Notes: generated from the sequence alone by a model not told the origin. A stretch of 64,000 bases of DNA from Patescibacteria group bacterium UBA7435 (GCA_002477545.1 DLQJ01000007.1:19942-83941); one strand, 5' to 3'; counted from the first letter of the stretch, positions 1 through 9,882 are shown. Program-made: numbers and translations.

Positions 1-2
1 AT

Positions 3-527
3 CTTTCTGAACTTAAGGGGCGACGTTACAACAGCAAACGTCGCGCTGCTTTAAAATGTAAAGAAAGTGCTGAGGTTACAATCAGTGACGAATCAAACAA
101 CCCGAATGTTATTACTCCGATTATTGAACTTATGAAGAAATGGGAGACAGCTAAAATGCAAAGTGATAAAAAAGTCGATATGGAGCAGGAATTCATTGCT
201 ATCCAACGAATACTTGAAAACTTAATTTCACAAGAAAGACTACTGCTTACTTTTGCAAAAAAGGGAGATGCGCTAGTTGGCTTTAGTGTTGATGAATTAC
301 TTCCAAATAAATTTGTACTTTCTCACTATTTCAAAACACTGCCTGGAACTATTGGACTTTCTGAATTCCTGAACATGAGCGTAGCTGAAAATCTAAAAAC
401 TCAAGGATACGAATACTGGAATTGGGAACAAGATCTCGGCATTGAGAGTTTGCAAACAATGAAACTCGGCTACCGTCCTCTGTCCCATCAAAAAAAGTAT
501 ATCGTGACCAAACCCACGGTATACTAA
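3..527 (+). CDS. DUF2156 / phosphatidylglycerol lysyltransferase C-terminal-like (GNAT-fold) protein, 5' truncated by the window edge
   Basis: Frame is open from base 3 (LSELKGRRYNSKRR...). C-terminal YWNWEQDLGIESLQTMKLGYRP matches the DUF2156 NxExDLGxxGLRxxKxxYxP signature. Confidence 0.75.
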   Translation, partial: LSELKGRRYNSKRRAALKCKESAEVTISDESNNPNVITPIIELMKKWETAKMQSDKKVDMEQEFIAIQRILENLISQERLLLTFAKKGDALVGFSVDELLPNKFVLSHYFKTLPGTIGLSEFLNMSVAENLKTQGYEYWNWEQDLGIESLQTMKLGYRPLSHQKKYIVTKPTVY

Positions 528-558
528 AGATTACTACTAGTTATTAATACAACATTTT

Positions 559-1479
559 ATGAGCTGGTTTCTTCTCGCATTAGTTGCGCCATTTTTATAC
601 GCCACAACCAATCACATCGACAAAATTCTTCTCGAGAAGTATTTCAAGGATGGTGGGGTAGGGACACTGATTTTATTTTCTGCACTCCTTTCGGTTTTGG
701 CACTTCCCGTCATTCTTTTTGCTGACCCCACAGTCTTGAGTGTAGATCTTAACAACATCTTTCTTTTAACAGGTGTTGCTATACTTGATTTAGCGATACT
801 TTGGTTTTATCTACTTGCACTTAAAGGTGACGAACCCTCGATTATTGTTGTATTTTACCAACTTGTTCCTGTACTAGCTTTAGTACTTGGATATCTGATT
901 CTTGGTGAGACCCTTACTACAATGCAACTTGTTGCTATGGGAGTTATCATATTTGGTACTACTATTGTTTCATTTGAAATTGATGATAAAAATAACTTTA
1001 AACTCCGGAAAAAGACTATAATTCTGATGTCTGCTGCTGCACTCGCATGGGCACTTGAATCAGTCCTCTTTAAAGTGGTGGCACTTGAAGAAAGTGTCTG
1101 GAGATCACTATTCTGGGAACATCTTGTGTTAGTGCTCGCTGGCCTACTTATTTTCACTTTTGTCAGATCGTACCGAAACCATTTCCTTACGGCGTTACGC
1201 AATAATTCAGTAGCTATTTTGTCTCTTAACGGTATAAATGAGGGTCTGTACATGACTGGAAATATCGTGGTTGCATTTGCCGTAATGCTCGCACCAGTGG
1301 CATTGATACTACTCGGTGAATCTTTCCAATCAATTTTTGTATTGGTAATTGGAATTCTGATAACCATCTTCCTGCCCAAACTTTCAACAGAGAGTACCGA
1401 ACGTAAACATATTGCGCAAAAACTTATAGCAATTTTGATTACTGGTATCGGTACCTACATTCTTCTTTTTGTTGCATAG
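559..1479 (+). CDS. EamA/DMT family transporter
   Basis: 306 aa with ~10 hydrophobic segments in two repeats; LGYLILGETLT motif. Confidence 0.85.
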   Translation: MSWFLLALVAPFLYATTNHIDKILLEKYFKDGGVGTLILFSALLSVLALPVILFADPTVLSVDLNNIFLLTGVAILDLAILWFYLLALKGDEPSIIVVFYQLVPVLALVLGYLILGETLTTMQLVAMGVIIFGTTIVSFEIDDKNNFKLRKKTIILMSAAALAWALESVLFKVVALEESVWRSLFWEHLVLVLAGLLIFTFVRSYRNHFLTALRNNSVAILSLNGINEGLYMTGNIVVAFAVMLAPVALILLGESFQSIFVLVIGILITIFLPKLSTESTERKHIAQKLIAILITGIGTYILLFVA

Positions 1480-1555
1480 ACACAAAAGATATACACGGAC
1501 AACTTAAAGCAGGCGTTCCTTATTTGCTATAGTTATATAAGTGTAGAAGGTACCT

Positions 1556-1918
1556 ATGAACTTCAAAAGATATATTTTACTGTACACGATTATACCGATG
1601 CTTATTCTTGCAGTAAGCGCATCGTATTTTCGTTTTATGGTCAGTCAAGATTACCTCGTAACCTATGAGGGTTTTTGTGACCCTTATACTGAATCATGTT
1701 TTATCTACTGTGAAGATGAAACTTGTACAGACCCTTTTTATTCAACGAGTATCACCCGAAAAGCTGCCGCTGTCTTTTCAGTATGCGGTGAGGACATAAC
1801 AGACTGCGAAGCAGCTGATGTGTGCACGGATAATGAAACCGAATGTTCAGTTTTGTATTGTGATCCTATACTCGATATCGATGCATGTGAAATGTTGTCA
1901 CTAACTGACCTAGAATAA
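1556..1918 (+). CDS. Membrane-anchored Cys-rich hypothetical protein
   Basis: N-terminal TM helix followed by a Cys-rich acidic domain (CDPYTESCFIYCEDETC...); ends 2 nt before the kinase gene. Confidence 0.7.
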   Translation: MNFKRYILLYTIIPMLILAVSASYFRFMVSQDYLVTYEGFCDPYTESCFIYCEDETCTDPFYSTSITRKAAAVFSVCGEDITDCEAADVCTDNETECSVLYCDPILDIDACEMLSLTDLE

Positions 1919-1920
1919 TT

Positions 1921-3597
1921 ATGATTTGTTACCTCTACGAAGCACCAACATATTTCTTTTTTGCACCAGACTTACCTGAACTTTTATATTATTCACACAT
2001 TCCCGCAAGTGTTCTGGCACTTCTTATAGGGTTCTTTGTTTTTCTACATGCACGTGACCAACTTCTTAATAAACTTCTCTTAATTATTTCAGTTTGTTTC
2101 TCACTGTGGACACTAACAAGTCTGATTGCATGGACAAATGTGGAAGCTAATTTTGTGGCATTTGTATGGCCATTCTTTGCACTTCTTTCGAGTTTCATTG
2201 CGATTTTCAGTATTTATTTTATCCATGTATTTCTTACCAAGGAAGATGTCTCATTTCGTTTAAAACTCGGCTTTTTAGCACTTTTAACACCAGTATTACT
2301 CTTGGCACATACTAATCTAAGTATATCTGGATTCAATATCACAAACTGTGATGCCTTTGGATTTGAAGGTTCTCTATACAAAGGTTATTACACACTTCTT
2401 GGGTACGTAGCGATGATTTGGATAGCAACCTTGTTGATTAAACACTATAGAAAAGCCACGAGTGAATTACGGACTCAAATTCTCTACATGGGAATTGGCA
2501 TTGAATCATTCCTTTTCTTGTTCACCACACTTACGTTTATTGGAACATACCTTGCAACCACAGGTGTTGTTGATGATTCGCGCATTGAACTCTATGGTTT
2601 GTTTGGGATGATGATTTTCATGGTCTTTATGGCTATGCTTATTGTGCGGTTCAAAACCTTTAATGTGACAGTACTTGCACCACAAGCCTTAGTATTAGCA
2701 CTTCTTATTCTTGTTGCCTCTCAATTTACTTACGTAACAACCGCAACAAGCATCACCTTAACCAGTGTCACACTCGTACTTACTGCATTGGCTGGTCTTG
2801 TCATTATTCGAAATGTAAAAAAAGAAATCAAACAAAGAAAAGAAATTGAACAACTTGCACAAAAATTGAAAAAAGCCAATAAGCGCCTAAAGGAATTGGA
2901 TCAAATGAAATCAGAATTTGTGTCCATTGCTTCGCACCAACTGCGAAGCCCACTCACTTCAATCCGCGGATATGCTTCAATGATCCTTGAAGGTTCATAC
3001 GGGAAACTACCAACAAAAGCCGAGGAGGTTGTTGGAAAAATCGTTGAATCAAGTACGTTTATGGCATCTTCAATTGAAGACTATTTGAACGTATCACGCA
3101 TTGAAGCAGGGAATATGAAGTACGAACTTGCTGACTTTAACCTCAAGGATGAGGCGGAGCATGTTGCTGACGACAAGCGACAGGAAGCTATGAAGAAGGG
3201 ATTATTACTTACATTTAAATCTGACCTTGATCGACACGGTATAGTAAATGCTGACATTGGCAAGACACGACAAATTCTGCACAACCTGATCAATAACGCG
3301 CTGAAGTACACACCACGAGGGACTATCGTTATATTTGCTCACGACGATGCAAAGAAAAAGAAAATGTATATTGATATTATCGACAGTGGAATTGGTATGC
3401 GCGCTGATGAAGTGGAAGATATCTTTGGCAAATTCGAACGGGCACACAACGCGAATGAAACAAACGTTACGGGAACTGGACTTGGTTTGTTTGTTGCTCG
3501 TAAGATGGCTCGTCACATGAACGGGGAAGTAACAGCAATGTCTGATGGACCTGGTCATGGCTCAACTTTCCGACTAGAAATGCCACTACAAATGTAG
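1921..3597 (+). CDS. Multi-TM sensor histidine kinase
   Basis: H-box SIASHQLRSPLT, N-box NLINNALKYT, G1 DSGIG, G2 GTGLGL; polytopic N-terminus. Confidence 0.95.
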   Translation: MICYLYEAPTYFFFAPDLPELLYYSHIPASVLALLIGFFVFLHARDQLLNKLLLIISVCFSLWTLTSLIAWTNVEANFVAFVWPFFALLSSFIAIFSIYFIHVFLTKEDVSFRLKLGFLALLTPVLLLAHTNLSISGFNITNCDAFGFEGSLYKGYYTLLGYVAMIWIATLLIKHYRKATSELRTQILYMGIGIESFLFLFTTLTFIGTYLATTGVVDDSRIELYGLFGMMIFMVFMAMLIVRFKTFNVTVLAPQALVLALLILVASQFTYVTTATSITLTSVTLVLTALAGLVIIRNVKKEIKQRKEIEQLAQKLKKANKRLKELDQMKSEFVSIASHQLRSPLTSIRGYASMILEGSYGKLPTKAEEVVGKIVESSTFMASSIEDYLNVSRIEAGNMKYELADFNLKDEAEHVADDKRQEAMKKGLLLTFKSDLDRHGIVNADIGKTRQILHNLINNALKYTPRGTIVIFAHDDAKKKKMYIDIIDSGIGMRADEVEDIFGKFERAHNANETNVTGTGLGLFVARKMARHMNGEVTAMSDGPGHGSTFRLEMPLQM

Positions 3598-3677
3598 GGA
3601 TAAAGAACGAGTAATTTCTAATGTATTGATTTATATTAATAATTATGGTATAATTTAAATGTGCAAATGAAACAGAG

Positions 3678-4220
3678 GTGAAGCAAATGGAACCGAAAAT
3701 TACTGCTGAGGAACTTCTTCCTCTTCATGGACGTATTGGAATCAGTACTATGATTCCTGACCACGTTGGACTTATCGCAGTTAGTGATATACCTGCCAAT
3801 ACAATAATTGGACATACGTCGGTTGAACTAACTGAATATCTTTGTCCTTGGGAGGAGTATGAAAACTTAGATCAGGGAACAAGAGACTGGGTTGATGATT
3901 TTTGTCTCGGAACTCCTGCCGGATTCTATACAATTGGAAACCCAAATCATTGGCCAATTGTCTGGCACATGAACCATTCATGTGACGGAAATGTCGGATT
4001 CGACTTTATGGATAATTTTATTTCCCTGAAGAAGATCAGAAAAGGGGAGGAAATTGTCTATGATTATGCGCTTGCCGAATCAGGGCCAAAATTCAATATG
4101 TCCTGCAAATGCGGTAGTGCAAATTGCCGAGGAATAATCACTGGCAGCGACTGGAAGAAACTTGGAAAGAATCCTGAGATTCGCAAAAATATGATTTCCT
4201 ATCTAAAGGATAGTTGCTAG
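3678..4220 (+). CDS. SET domain protein-lysine methyltransferase with post-SET
   Basis: NHSCDGN, GEEIVYDY and post-SET CKCGSANCRG. Confidence 0.9.
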   Translation: MKQMEPKITAEELLPLHGRIGISTMIPDHVGLIAVSDIPANTIIGHTSVELTEYLCPWEEYENLDQGTRDWVDDFCLGTPAGFYTIGNPNHWPIVWHMNHSCDGNVGFDFMDNFISLKKIRKGEEIVYDYALAESGPKFNMSCKCGSANCRGIITGSDWKKLGKNPEIRKNMISYLKDSC

Positions 4221-4230
4221 GGCAACATAT

Positions 4231-4258
4231 AAGGGCTACCATCTTGGTAGCCCTTTTT
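4231..4258 (+). terminator. Intrinsic terminator after SET gene
   Basis: AAGGGCTACC-ATCTT-GGTAGCCCTT followed by T tract. Confidence 0.75.
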
Positions 4259-4299
4259 AATTAATTTACTTTATATCGTAATTTGCTATCATTGCACAC

Positions 4300-5241
4300 A
4301 TGACCAAAAAACGACTACTCACAGGACTACAATCCTCAGGGGACCTACATATTGGAAATTACTTTGGAGCACTCAAACCCTTTGTTGAGATGTATGAAGA
4401 CTACGATAGTTTTCTTATGATTGCTGACTACCATGCACTTACTTCAGTACGTGATCCTGAAGCAATGCGCCGGAATACGATTAATGTCGTTAAAGATTAT
4501 CTTGCGGCTGGAGTTGATCCTGCCAAAGCCGTTATCTTTCGCCAGTCAGACAACCAAGATCATACGGAACTGGGATGGGTACTTAATTGTATGGTCACCG
4601 TACCATTTCTAATGCAAGCGCATTCATACAAAGATAAAGTAGCTAAAGGTAACGAAGCAAACGCGGGACTTTTTACCTACCCAATGCTACAAGCTGCTGA
4701 CATTGCACTGTACGACATTGATGTGGTACCAGTAGGCGAAGATCAGCGACAGCATCTTGAGTATGCACGTGAGGCAGTAGGAAAATTTAATCGGGCGTAT
4801 GGAAATACACTTAAGGAACCACAAGAAAAAATTCTTGATGCTGTTGGAGTGATCCCTGGTATTGATGGCGCGAAGATGAGCAAGAGTTACGGAAACACTA
4901 TTCCTCTGTTTGGTACTCCCGAAGAAATCAAGAAAGCAGTGATGAGCATTGTGACTGACTCAGATGGTGGGCGACCTGAAAACGTCTATGCGATCCATAA
5001 GCTATTACGAAGCGAAGACGAGCTTAAAACAATCTATAAAGACAACGAGGGACGCTACGGTGACTTAAAGAACATTCTTGCAGAAGATCTTGAGACACTT
5101 ATTGCACCGATGCGAGAACGACGTAATCAAATTTCTGATGAGGATGTGAAAGCGGTATTGGAAGATGGGGCAAAGCGAGCAAAAGAAGTTTCAGGCCAGA
5201 TACTCAAGCAGGTTCGTTCTGCTATTGGTATCGAACTCTAA
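4300..5241 (+). CDS. trpS: Tryptophan--tRNA ligase
   Basis: HIGN and KMSKS motifs, YPMLQAADI, VPVGEDQRQH. Confidence 0.97.
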   Translation: MTKKRLLTGLQSSGDLHIGNYFGALKPFVEMYEDYDSFLMIADYHALTSVRDPEAMRRNTINVVKDYLAAGVDPAKAVIFRQSDNQDHTELGWVLNCMVTVPFLMQAHSYKDKVAKGNEANAGLFTYPMLQAADIALYDIDVVPVGEDQRQHLEYAREAVGKFNRAYGNTLKEPQEKILDAVGVIPGIDGAKMSKSYGNTIPLFGTPEEIKKAVMSIVTDSDGGRPENVYAIHKLLRSEDELKTIYKDNEGRYGDLKNILAEDLETLIAPMRERRNQISDEDVKAVLEDGAKRAKEVSGQILKQVRSAIGIEL

Positions 5242-5248
5242 CTAGACC

Positions 5249-5277
5249 TTTACAAATAGTACGTTCACCCGTACTAT
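5249..5277 (+). promoter_or_regulatory. Sigma70-type promoter of the T-box leader
   Basis: TTTACA-17 nt-TACTAT, overlapping the hairpin AAATAGTACG..CGTACTATTT. Confidence 0.6.
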
Positions 5278-5283
5278 TTATCT

Positions 5284-5450
5284 ATACCACTGACACAGTT
5301 GACACCTGTTGAGGTATTGAACAAACGAGCCCAGCACCACTCTTACACAAAAGTGGTGCTGGGGAAGTAGGGTGGCACCGCGAACAATCACCAGATTGCA
5401 ATCGCCCCTATAAACATATTATTACTAATATTTTTATAGGGGCGATTTAT
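5284..5450 (+). promoter_or_regulatory. T-box riboswitch (Asp specifier), minimal architecture
   Basis: T-box AAGTAGGGTGGCACCGCG at 5365-5382; antiterminator partner CGCCCCT at 5403-5409; terminator AATCGCCCCTATAAA..TTTATAGGGGCGATT; GAC at 5301-5303 in the loop of a short stem I; lies upstream of aspS. Confidence 0.88.
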
Positions 5451-5461
5451 GTATTCCTATT

Positions 5462-5761
5462 ATGATTATGGAAAAAATACCAGATAATTTTGAACACCAG
5501 CCTTCTGAGGAGGTGGTTGCCGCAGCTGAGTCACTCGGTGAATATATTGATAATATCTTTAAAATCGAAAAAATTACAACCCAAACAAATGTAGAAGGAA
5601 TTCGAATATCAGGGAGAATATCAAACGAGGAACTATCTGAACTTCATCAGTTTATACTTAAAAATACAAAACTATTTCAAAACATACTCTTTAAAGCAAA
5701 TCGTGATAGTAATGAAATCTGCACCATAGACATATCATTAAACCCTGTTAAATCAAATTAA
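5462..5761 (+). CDS. Hypothetical protein between T-box and aspS
   Basis: 99-aa AT-rich ORF ending 3 nt before aspS; no motif recognised. Confidence 0.55.
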   Translation: MIMEKIPDNFEHQPSEEVVAAAESLGEYIDNIFKIEKITTQTNVEGIRISGRISNEELSELHQFILKNTKLFQNILFKANRDSNEICTIDISLNPVKSN

Positions 5762-5764
5762 AAT

Positions 5765-7126
5765 ATGAAACGAACACTTATTAAGTCTCTATCAGAGCAT
5801 GTAGAAAAGGAAGTAACAATCAACGGAATTGTTGATGTTGCACGACAGCAAGGGAAGATGGCTTTCTTTGATTTTCGTGACTACACAGGAAAAGTGCAGG
5901 GGGTAGTCTTTGGAAAACCTGAGGTGCTTGAGACTGCCAAAGAACTCGGAAGCGAATACGCAGTTTCTGTTACCGGAATGGTAAACAAACGACCTGAGAA
6001 GATGGTAAATGCTGGAGTCGTTAACGGAGACATTGAACTAGAGATTACTGGAATTGAAATTTTGAATCCAGCAGAAGCTCTGCCATTTGATATGGACGCA
6101 GATTTTGCGATTGATACGCTTCTTGATAACCGTCCACTAACACTCCGACGAGACCACGATCGAGCAGTATTTACCATACAGCATGAGATCGTTACTGCTT
6201 ACCAAGAGTTCCTTGTAGGAGAAGGATTCACCTCATTCCAAGCACCAAAGCTTGTAGGGGGTGATGCTGAAGGGGGAGCTGAAGTATTTAAAGTGAAATA
6301 CTTTAAAGAACGAGACGCCTTCCTCTCAACGAGTCCACAGCTATACAAACAAATTATGGTTGGTGTGTTTGAGCGAGTATTTTCTATTGCTACGGCATTT
6401 CGAGCTGAAAAAAGTGCAACCAGCCGTCATTTAAGTGAATATTCGTCACTTGATATGGAGATGGGATTTATTACTGATCACTTGGATGTGATGCGCGTTG
6501 AAACATCATTGATGAAGCACCTGGTTAAGCACTTGGGCGCACATGCTGTTGATGCATTGAAGACACTTGAAATTGAACTTCCTGCAATCCCTGATGGAGA
6601 CATCATGCCCTACATGAAACTTCGTGAAGCTCAAGAGCTTATCCTGAAAGAGACAGGAGTAGACAAGACAAGTGAGCCTGATCTGGAGCCGGAAGACGAA
6701 CGATGGTTGTGCGAGTATGCGAGCAAGAATCTTGGTTCTGACTTTATCTTCATTACGCATTATCCAGTTTCAAAGCGACCATTCTACACATACGAGGATC
6801 CTGAAGACCTTGGCTTCACGAAGAGTTTCGACCTTCTCTTTCGAGGGGTAGAAATTACTACTGGTGGACAGCGTGTGCATGACTACAAAACACTACAAGA
6901 AAAAATTACTGCAAAGGGAATGAACCCTGAAGATTTTTCATTCTACCTACAGGCATTCAAAAATGGAATTCCTCCACACGGTGGATGGGGAATGGGGCTT
7001 GAGCGATTGACTGCGAAGTTCTGTGGAGTTGCCAACGTAAAGGAAGCAACACTCTTCCCTCGAGACATCAACCGAATTGATGCACTACTTTCTAAGGCAG
7101 AACAGATGCCTGAGGAAACTGAATAA
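5765..7126 (+). CDS. aspS: Aspartate--tRNA(Asp/Asn) ligase, short (archaeal-like) form, probably non-discriminating
   Basis: OB-fold N-terminus, AEGGAEVF, SPQLYKQ, FRAEKS, PPHGGWGMGLERL; no GAD insertion (453 aa). Confidence 0.93.
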   Translation: MKRTLIKSLSEHVEKEVTINGIVDVARQQGKMAFFDFRDYTGKVQGVVFGKPEVLETAKELGSEYAVSVTGMVNKRPEKMVNAGVVNGDIELEITGIEILNPAEALPFDMDADFAIDTLLDNRPLTLRRDHDRAVFTIQHEIVTAYQEFLVGEGFTSFQAPKLVGGDAEGGAEVFKVKYFKERDAFLSTSPQLYKQIMVGVFERVFSIATAFRAEKSATSRHLSEYSSLDMEMGFITDHLDVMRVETSLMKHLVKHLGAHAVDALKTLEIELPAIPDGDIMPYMKLREAQELILKETGVDKTSEPDLEPEDERWLCEYASKNLGSDFIFITHYPVSKRPFYTYEDPEDLGFTKSFDLLFRGVEITTGGQRVHDYKTLQEKITAKGMNPEDFSFYLQAFKNGIPPHGGWGMGLERLTAKFCGVANVKEATLFPRDINRIDALLSKAEQMPEETE

Positions 7127-7135
7127 TCAAGGAAT

Positions 7136-7170
7136 AAAAAGGGCGGAAAGCAAAACTTTCCGTCCTTTTT
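7136..7170 (+). terminator. Intrinsic terminator
   Basis: AAAAAGGGCGGAAAG-CAAAA-CTTTCCGTCCTTTTT. Confidence 0.8.
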
Positions 7171-7207
7171 CGTATTTTGCTATACTACTTGTACTAACTT
7201 TTATAAT

Positions 7208-8620
7208 ATGACAAAGCTAACCCTATCCAACAAAGACATACCTGCCGTAGCAAAGAAATACTGCAAACTCGTTATCACTGAAGACGCACCAAGCTGGCAC
7301 CGACTGGTTGAGTGCGAAGACGGGTCACTTGAGTACCGCATAGGAGCAGGGAAGTGGAAGGCGATGACGGCACGCAAATACATTACGTTTGTACGAACAG
7401 TGGTGCAGGCTGCTAAGAGTCACCAGATTGAACACCTCGCAATTCAGGCGCCTGTAGCGATGCTTCCGGCAATTCTTAAGGAACACGATAGTCAATGGAT
7501 TCTTTCTACGCTCGCTGAGAATCTTACTATCGCAGCATACGAATTCACGATGTACAAAAGTACAAAATCAAAGAAAAAACAACTGCAAGAGGTTCTTGTT
7601 TGTGGAGGTCTTTCTTCAGCAGAAAAGAAAGCATTCGCTCGTGGCCTTATTGTTGGAACACAGGTAAATGTTGCTCGTGATATCGCAAATACAACTGCAG
7701 AAGACATGACGCCAACAAACCTCGGAAAAGCTGCTGTGAAGGCGGTTAAAGGAACAAAGGCATCAGTAAAGGTTCTTGGTGAAAAAGAGCTTCAAAAGCT
7801 CAAAATGGGTCTCTTATTGGCTGTTGGGGCGGGAACTAAGCATGAAACTAAGCTGATCGTGATGGAATATTACGGAGCCGGGAAAGCGAAGGGTAACCCG
7901 ACTGTATTTATTGGAAAAGGTATCACCTATGACACAGGTGGTTTGAATGTAAAACCAAGCGGACACATGCATGACATGCATATGGACATGTCCGGAGGGT
8001 CAGCGGTTATTGCTGCGGTTGCAGCAAGCGCAAAGCTCGGACTGAAGAAAAACATCATCGGTATTATCCCCGCGGCTGAAAATGCTGTATCAGATCGTGC
8101 AATGCGTGCGGGAGATATTGTTACTGCAATGAACGGCAAGACTGTTGAAGTGCTCCATACTGACGCTGAGGGACGTATGGTATTGGCTGATGCACTGACG
8201 TACTCAGAACGCTTCAAACCAAAAGTTATTCTTGATGTCGCAACACTTACTGGGGCAGCACTCTCAGCGCTCGGGCAACATGCGTCAGCAATCATGACGA
8301 AGGATGAAAAACTGGAAACCAAATTACGAACGCTTGGAGAAGCATCAGGTGATTACGTATGGCCGTTACCTTTGTGGGACGAGTACCAAGCACACATCAA
8401 ATCTACCCGAGCTGATTTAAGTAACATCGCTGCGAACTTCTCACGTTTTGGAGGGTCAATTGAAGGTGGTACATTTCTCGCTAACTTCGCGCCAAAGAAG
8501 GTGCCTTGGGCACATATTGATATCGCCCCACGGATGGAAGCAATCGCAAGCGATAAACTAGCCAAAGGTTCAACAGGTGAGCCCGTACGACTGTTGGTAC
8601 GTTTTGCTGAAGAGTACTAG
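7208..8620 (+). CDS. pepA: Leucyl aminopeptidase (M17)
   Basis: GKGITYDTGG, DMSGG, TDAEGRMVLAD, DVATLTGA, WAHIDIA. Confidence 0.93.
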   Translation: MTKLTLSNKDIPAVAKKYCKLVITEDAPSWHRLVECEDGSLEYRIGAGKWKAMTARKYITFVRTVVQAAKSHQIEHLAIQAPVAMLPAILKEHDSQWILSTLAENLTIAAYEFTMYKSTKSKKKQLQEVLVCGGLSSAEKKAFARGLIVGTQVNVARDIANTTAEDMTPTNLGKAAVKAVKGTKASVKVLGEKELQKLKMGLLLAVGAGTKHETKLIVMEYYGAGKAKGNPTVFIGKGITYDTGGLNVKPSGHMHDMHMDMSGGSAVIAAVAASAKLGLKKNIIGIIPAAENAVSDRAMRAGDIVTAMNGKTVEVLHTDAEGRMVLADALTYSERFKPKVILDVATLTGAALSALGQHASAIMTKDEKLETKLRTLGEASGDYVWPLPLWDEYQAHIKSTRADLSNIAANFSRFGGSIEGGTFLANFAPKKVPWAHIDIAPRMEAIASDKLAKGSTGEPVRLLVRFAEEY

Positions 8621-8637
8621 TACCGCTACCTACACAC

Positions 8638-8670
8638 AAAGGGCGGAAAAGCTTTGCTTTTCCGCCCTTT
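8638..8670 (+). terminator. Intrinsic terminator
   Basis: AAAGGGCGGAAAAGC-TTT-GCTTTTCCGCCCTTT. Confidence 0.75.
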
Positions 8671-8692
8671 GTACATGCTAAAATAAACTTAA

Positions 8693-9436
8693 ATGGATGG
8701 AACTGCAACACTAGAAAAGTTTGAAGTTAAAACTGAGGCCTTTGAGGGACCGTTGGAACTTTTGTTAGATCTGGTAGAACGGCGGAAACTGTTGATCAAT
8801 GATATCTCGCTTGCAGAGGTGACTGATGAATATATGCGACAGGTGTCGATCATGCAGGAACTGTCGCTACCAAACACGGCACAGTTCGTGGCGCTGGCTG
8901 CGACGTTACTTTTAATTAAATCGAAGTCGCTACTTCCGGTACTTGATCTAAGCACCGAAGAGGAGGAAGGAATTGATAACCTTGAGCTACGCCTGAAGCG
9001 GTACCAAATGTATCGAGATATCGCGAAGAACGTGGAAGAACTTTTTGGAAATACGATGACGCATGAACGTCAATATGTGGCTGACAAAAATCCAGTTTTT
9101 GTAACTGATAAATTTACCACCACATCAGGATTAGAAGAAGCTATTGGGAGTGTATTAGTAAATCTACCTAAGAAAGAAATCAAGCAAAAGGTACAAGTGC
9201 GTAAAGTAATCTCCCTTGAGGAAATGATGAACCGCCTACATTTGCGTATTGAAAACCAAATAAAAATGAAGTTTAGTGAATTGGTTGAAAACTCAACAGA
9301 ACGAACCGATGTAATTGTCGGGTTCTTAGCAATCCTAGAGTCAGTTAAGCAGGGAAGTATCCTCGTGGCACAACTCAATCGTTTTGAAGATATAGAAATA
9401 GAGCAGGAAAGTGCGCAAACCCCCAAATATACATAA
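8693..9436 (+). CDS. scpA: Segregation and condensation protein A
   Basis: FEGPLELLLDL, LLLIKSKSLLP, FLAILE. Confidence 0.95.
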   Translation: MDGTATLEKFEVKTEAFEGPLELLLDLVERRKLLINDISLAEVTDEYMRQVSIMQELSLPNTAQFVALAATLLLIKSKSLLPVLDLSTEEEEGIDNLELRLKRYQMYRDIAKNVEELFGNTMTHERQYVADKNPVFVTDKFTTTSGLEEAIGSVLVNLPKKEIKQKVQVRKVISLEEMMNRLHLRIENQIKMKFSELVENSTERTDVIVGFLAILESVKQGSILVAQLNRFEDIEIEQESAQTPKYT

Positions 9437-9485
9437 AAGGCGGGCAAATATTGCCCGCCGCTGTCTTTTATTTGAAAAATTATTT

Positions 9486-9812
9486 TCAAACAGGCTGCTG
9501 AATTTTAATCTTGTTTACAAGATAACCTCTATATTCAAGAGGACGAATAGGTCTTATATCTTCTCTCCTGAGAAGAATAATTCCCTTTTCGTGCACTTCT
9601 AAATGAAATTGGTACCATGGAATTTCATAGATTTCACCAGTTAGATGATCCTCTATAAACGAACATTCACCGCAACATTGTGCAACGTTAGTGATGTAAG
9701 ATCGTAATTCATTTATTCCATTAGTAAATAAATTAAATTCTTGGTTTTTTCGCACATGAACATCAAAATGTCCCCTAAATTGTGTTACGTCTGTTATAAG
9801 TCCTGTCTTCAT
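9486..9812 (-). CDS. Orphan hypothetical protein
   Basis: ATG at 9812 preceded by GAGGAGG; own TTGACA..TACATT promoter; hairpin at 9436-9465 downstream. Confidence 0.6.
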   Translation of the reverse strand: MKTGLITDVTQFRGHFDVHVRKNQEFNLFTNGINELRSYITNVAQCCGECSFIEDHLTGEIYEIPWYQFHLEVHEKGIILLRREDIRPIRPLEYRGYLVNKIKIQQPV

Positions 9813-9882
9813 TACTGCCTCCTCTTTTAAATTTTTGTACAACTTCTATACTTTGTAATGTACTACCTGCTTATTTTTTGTC

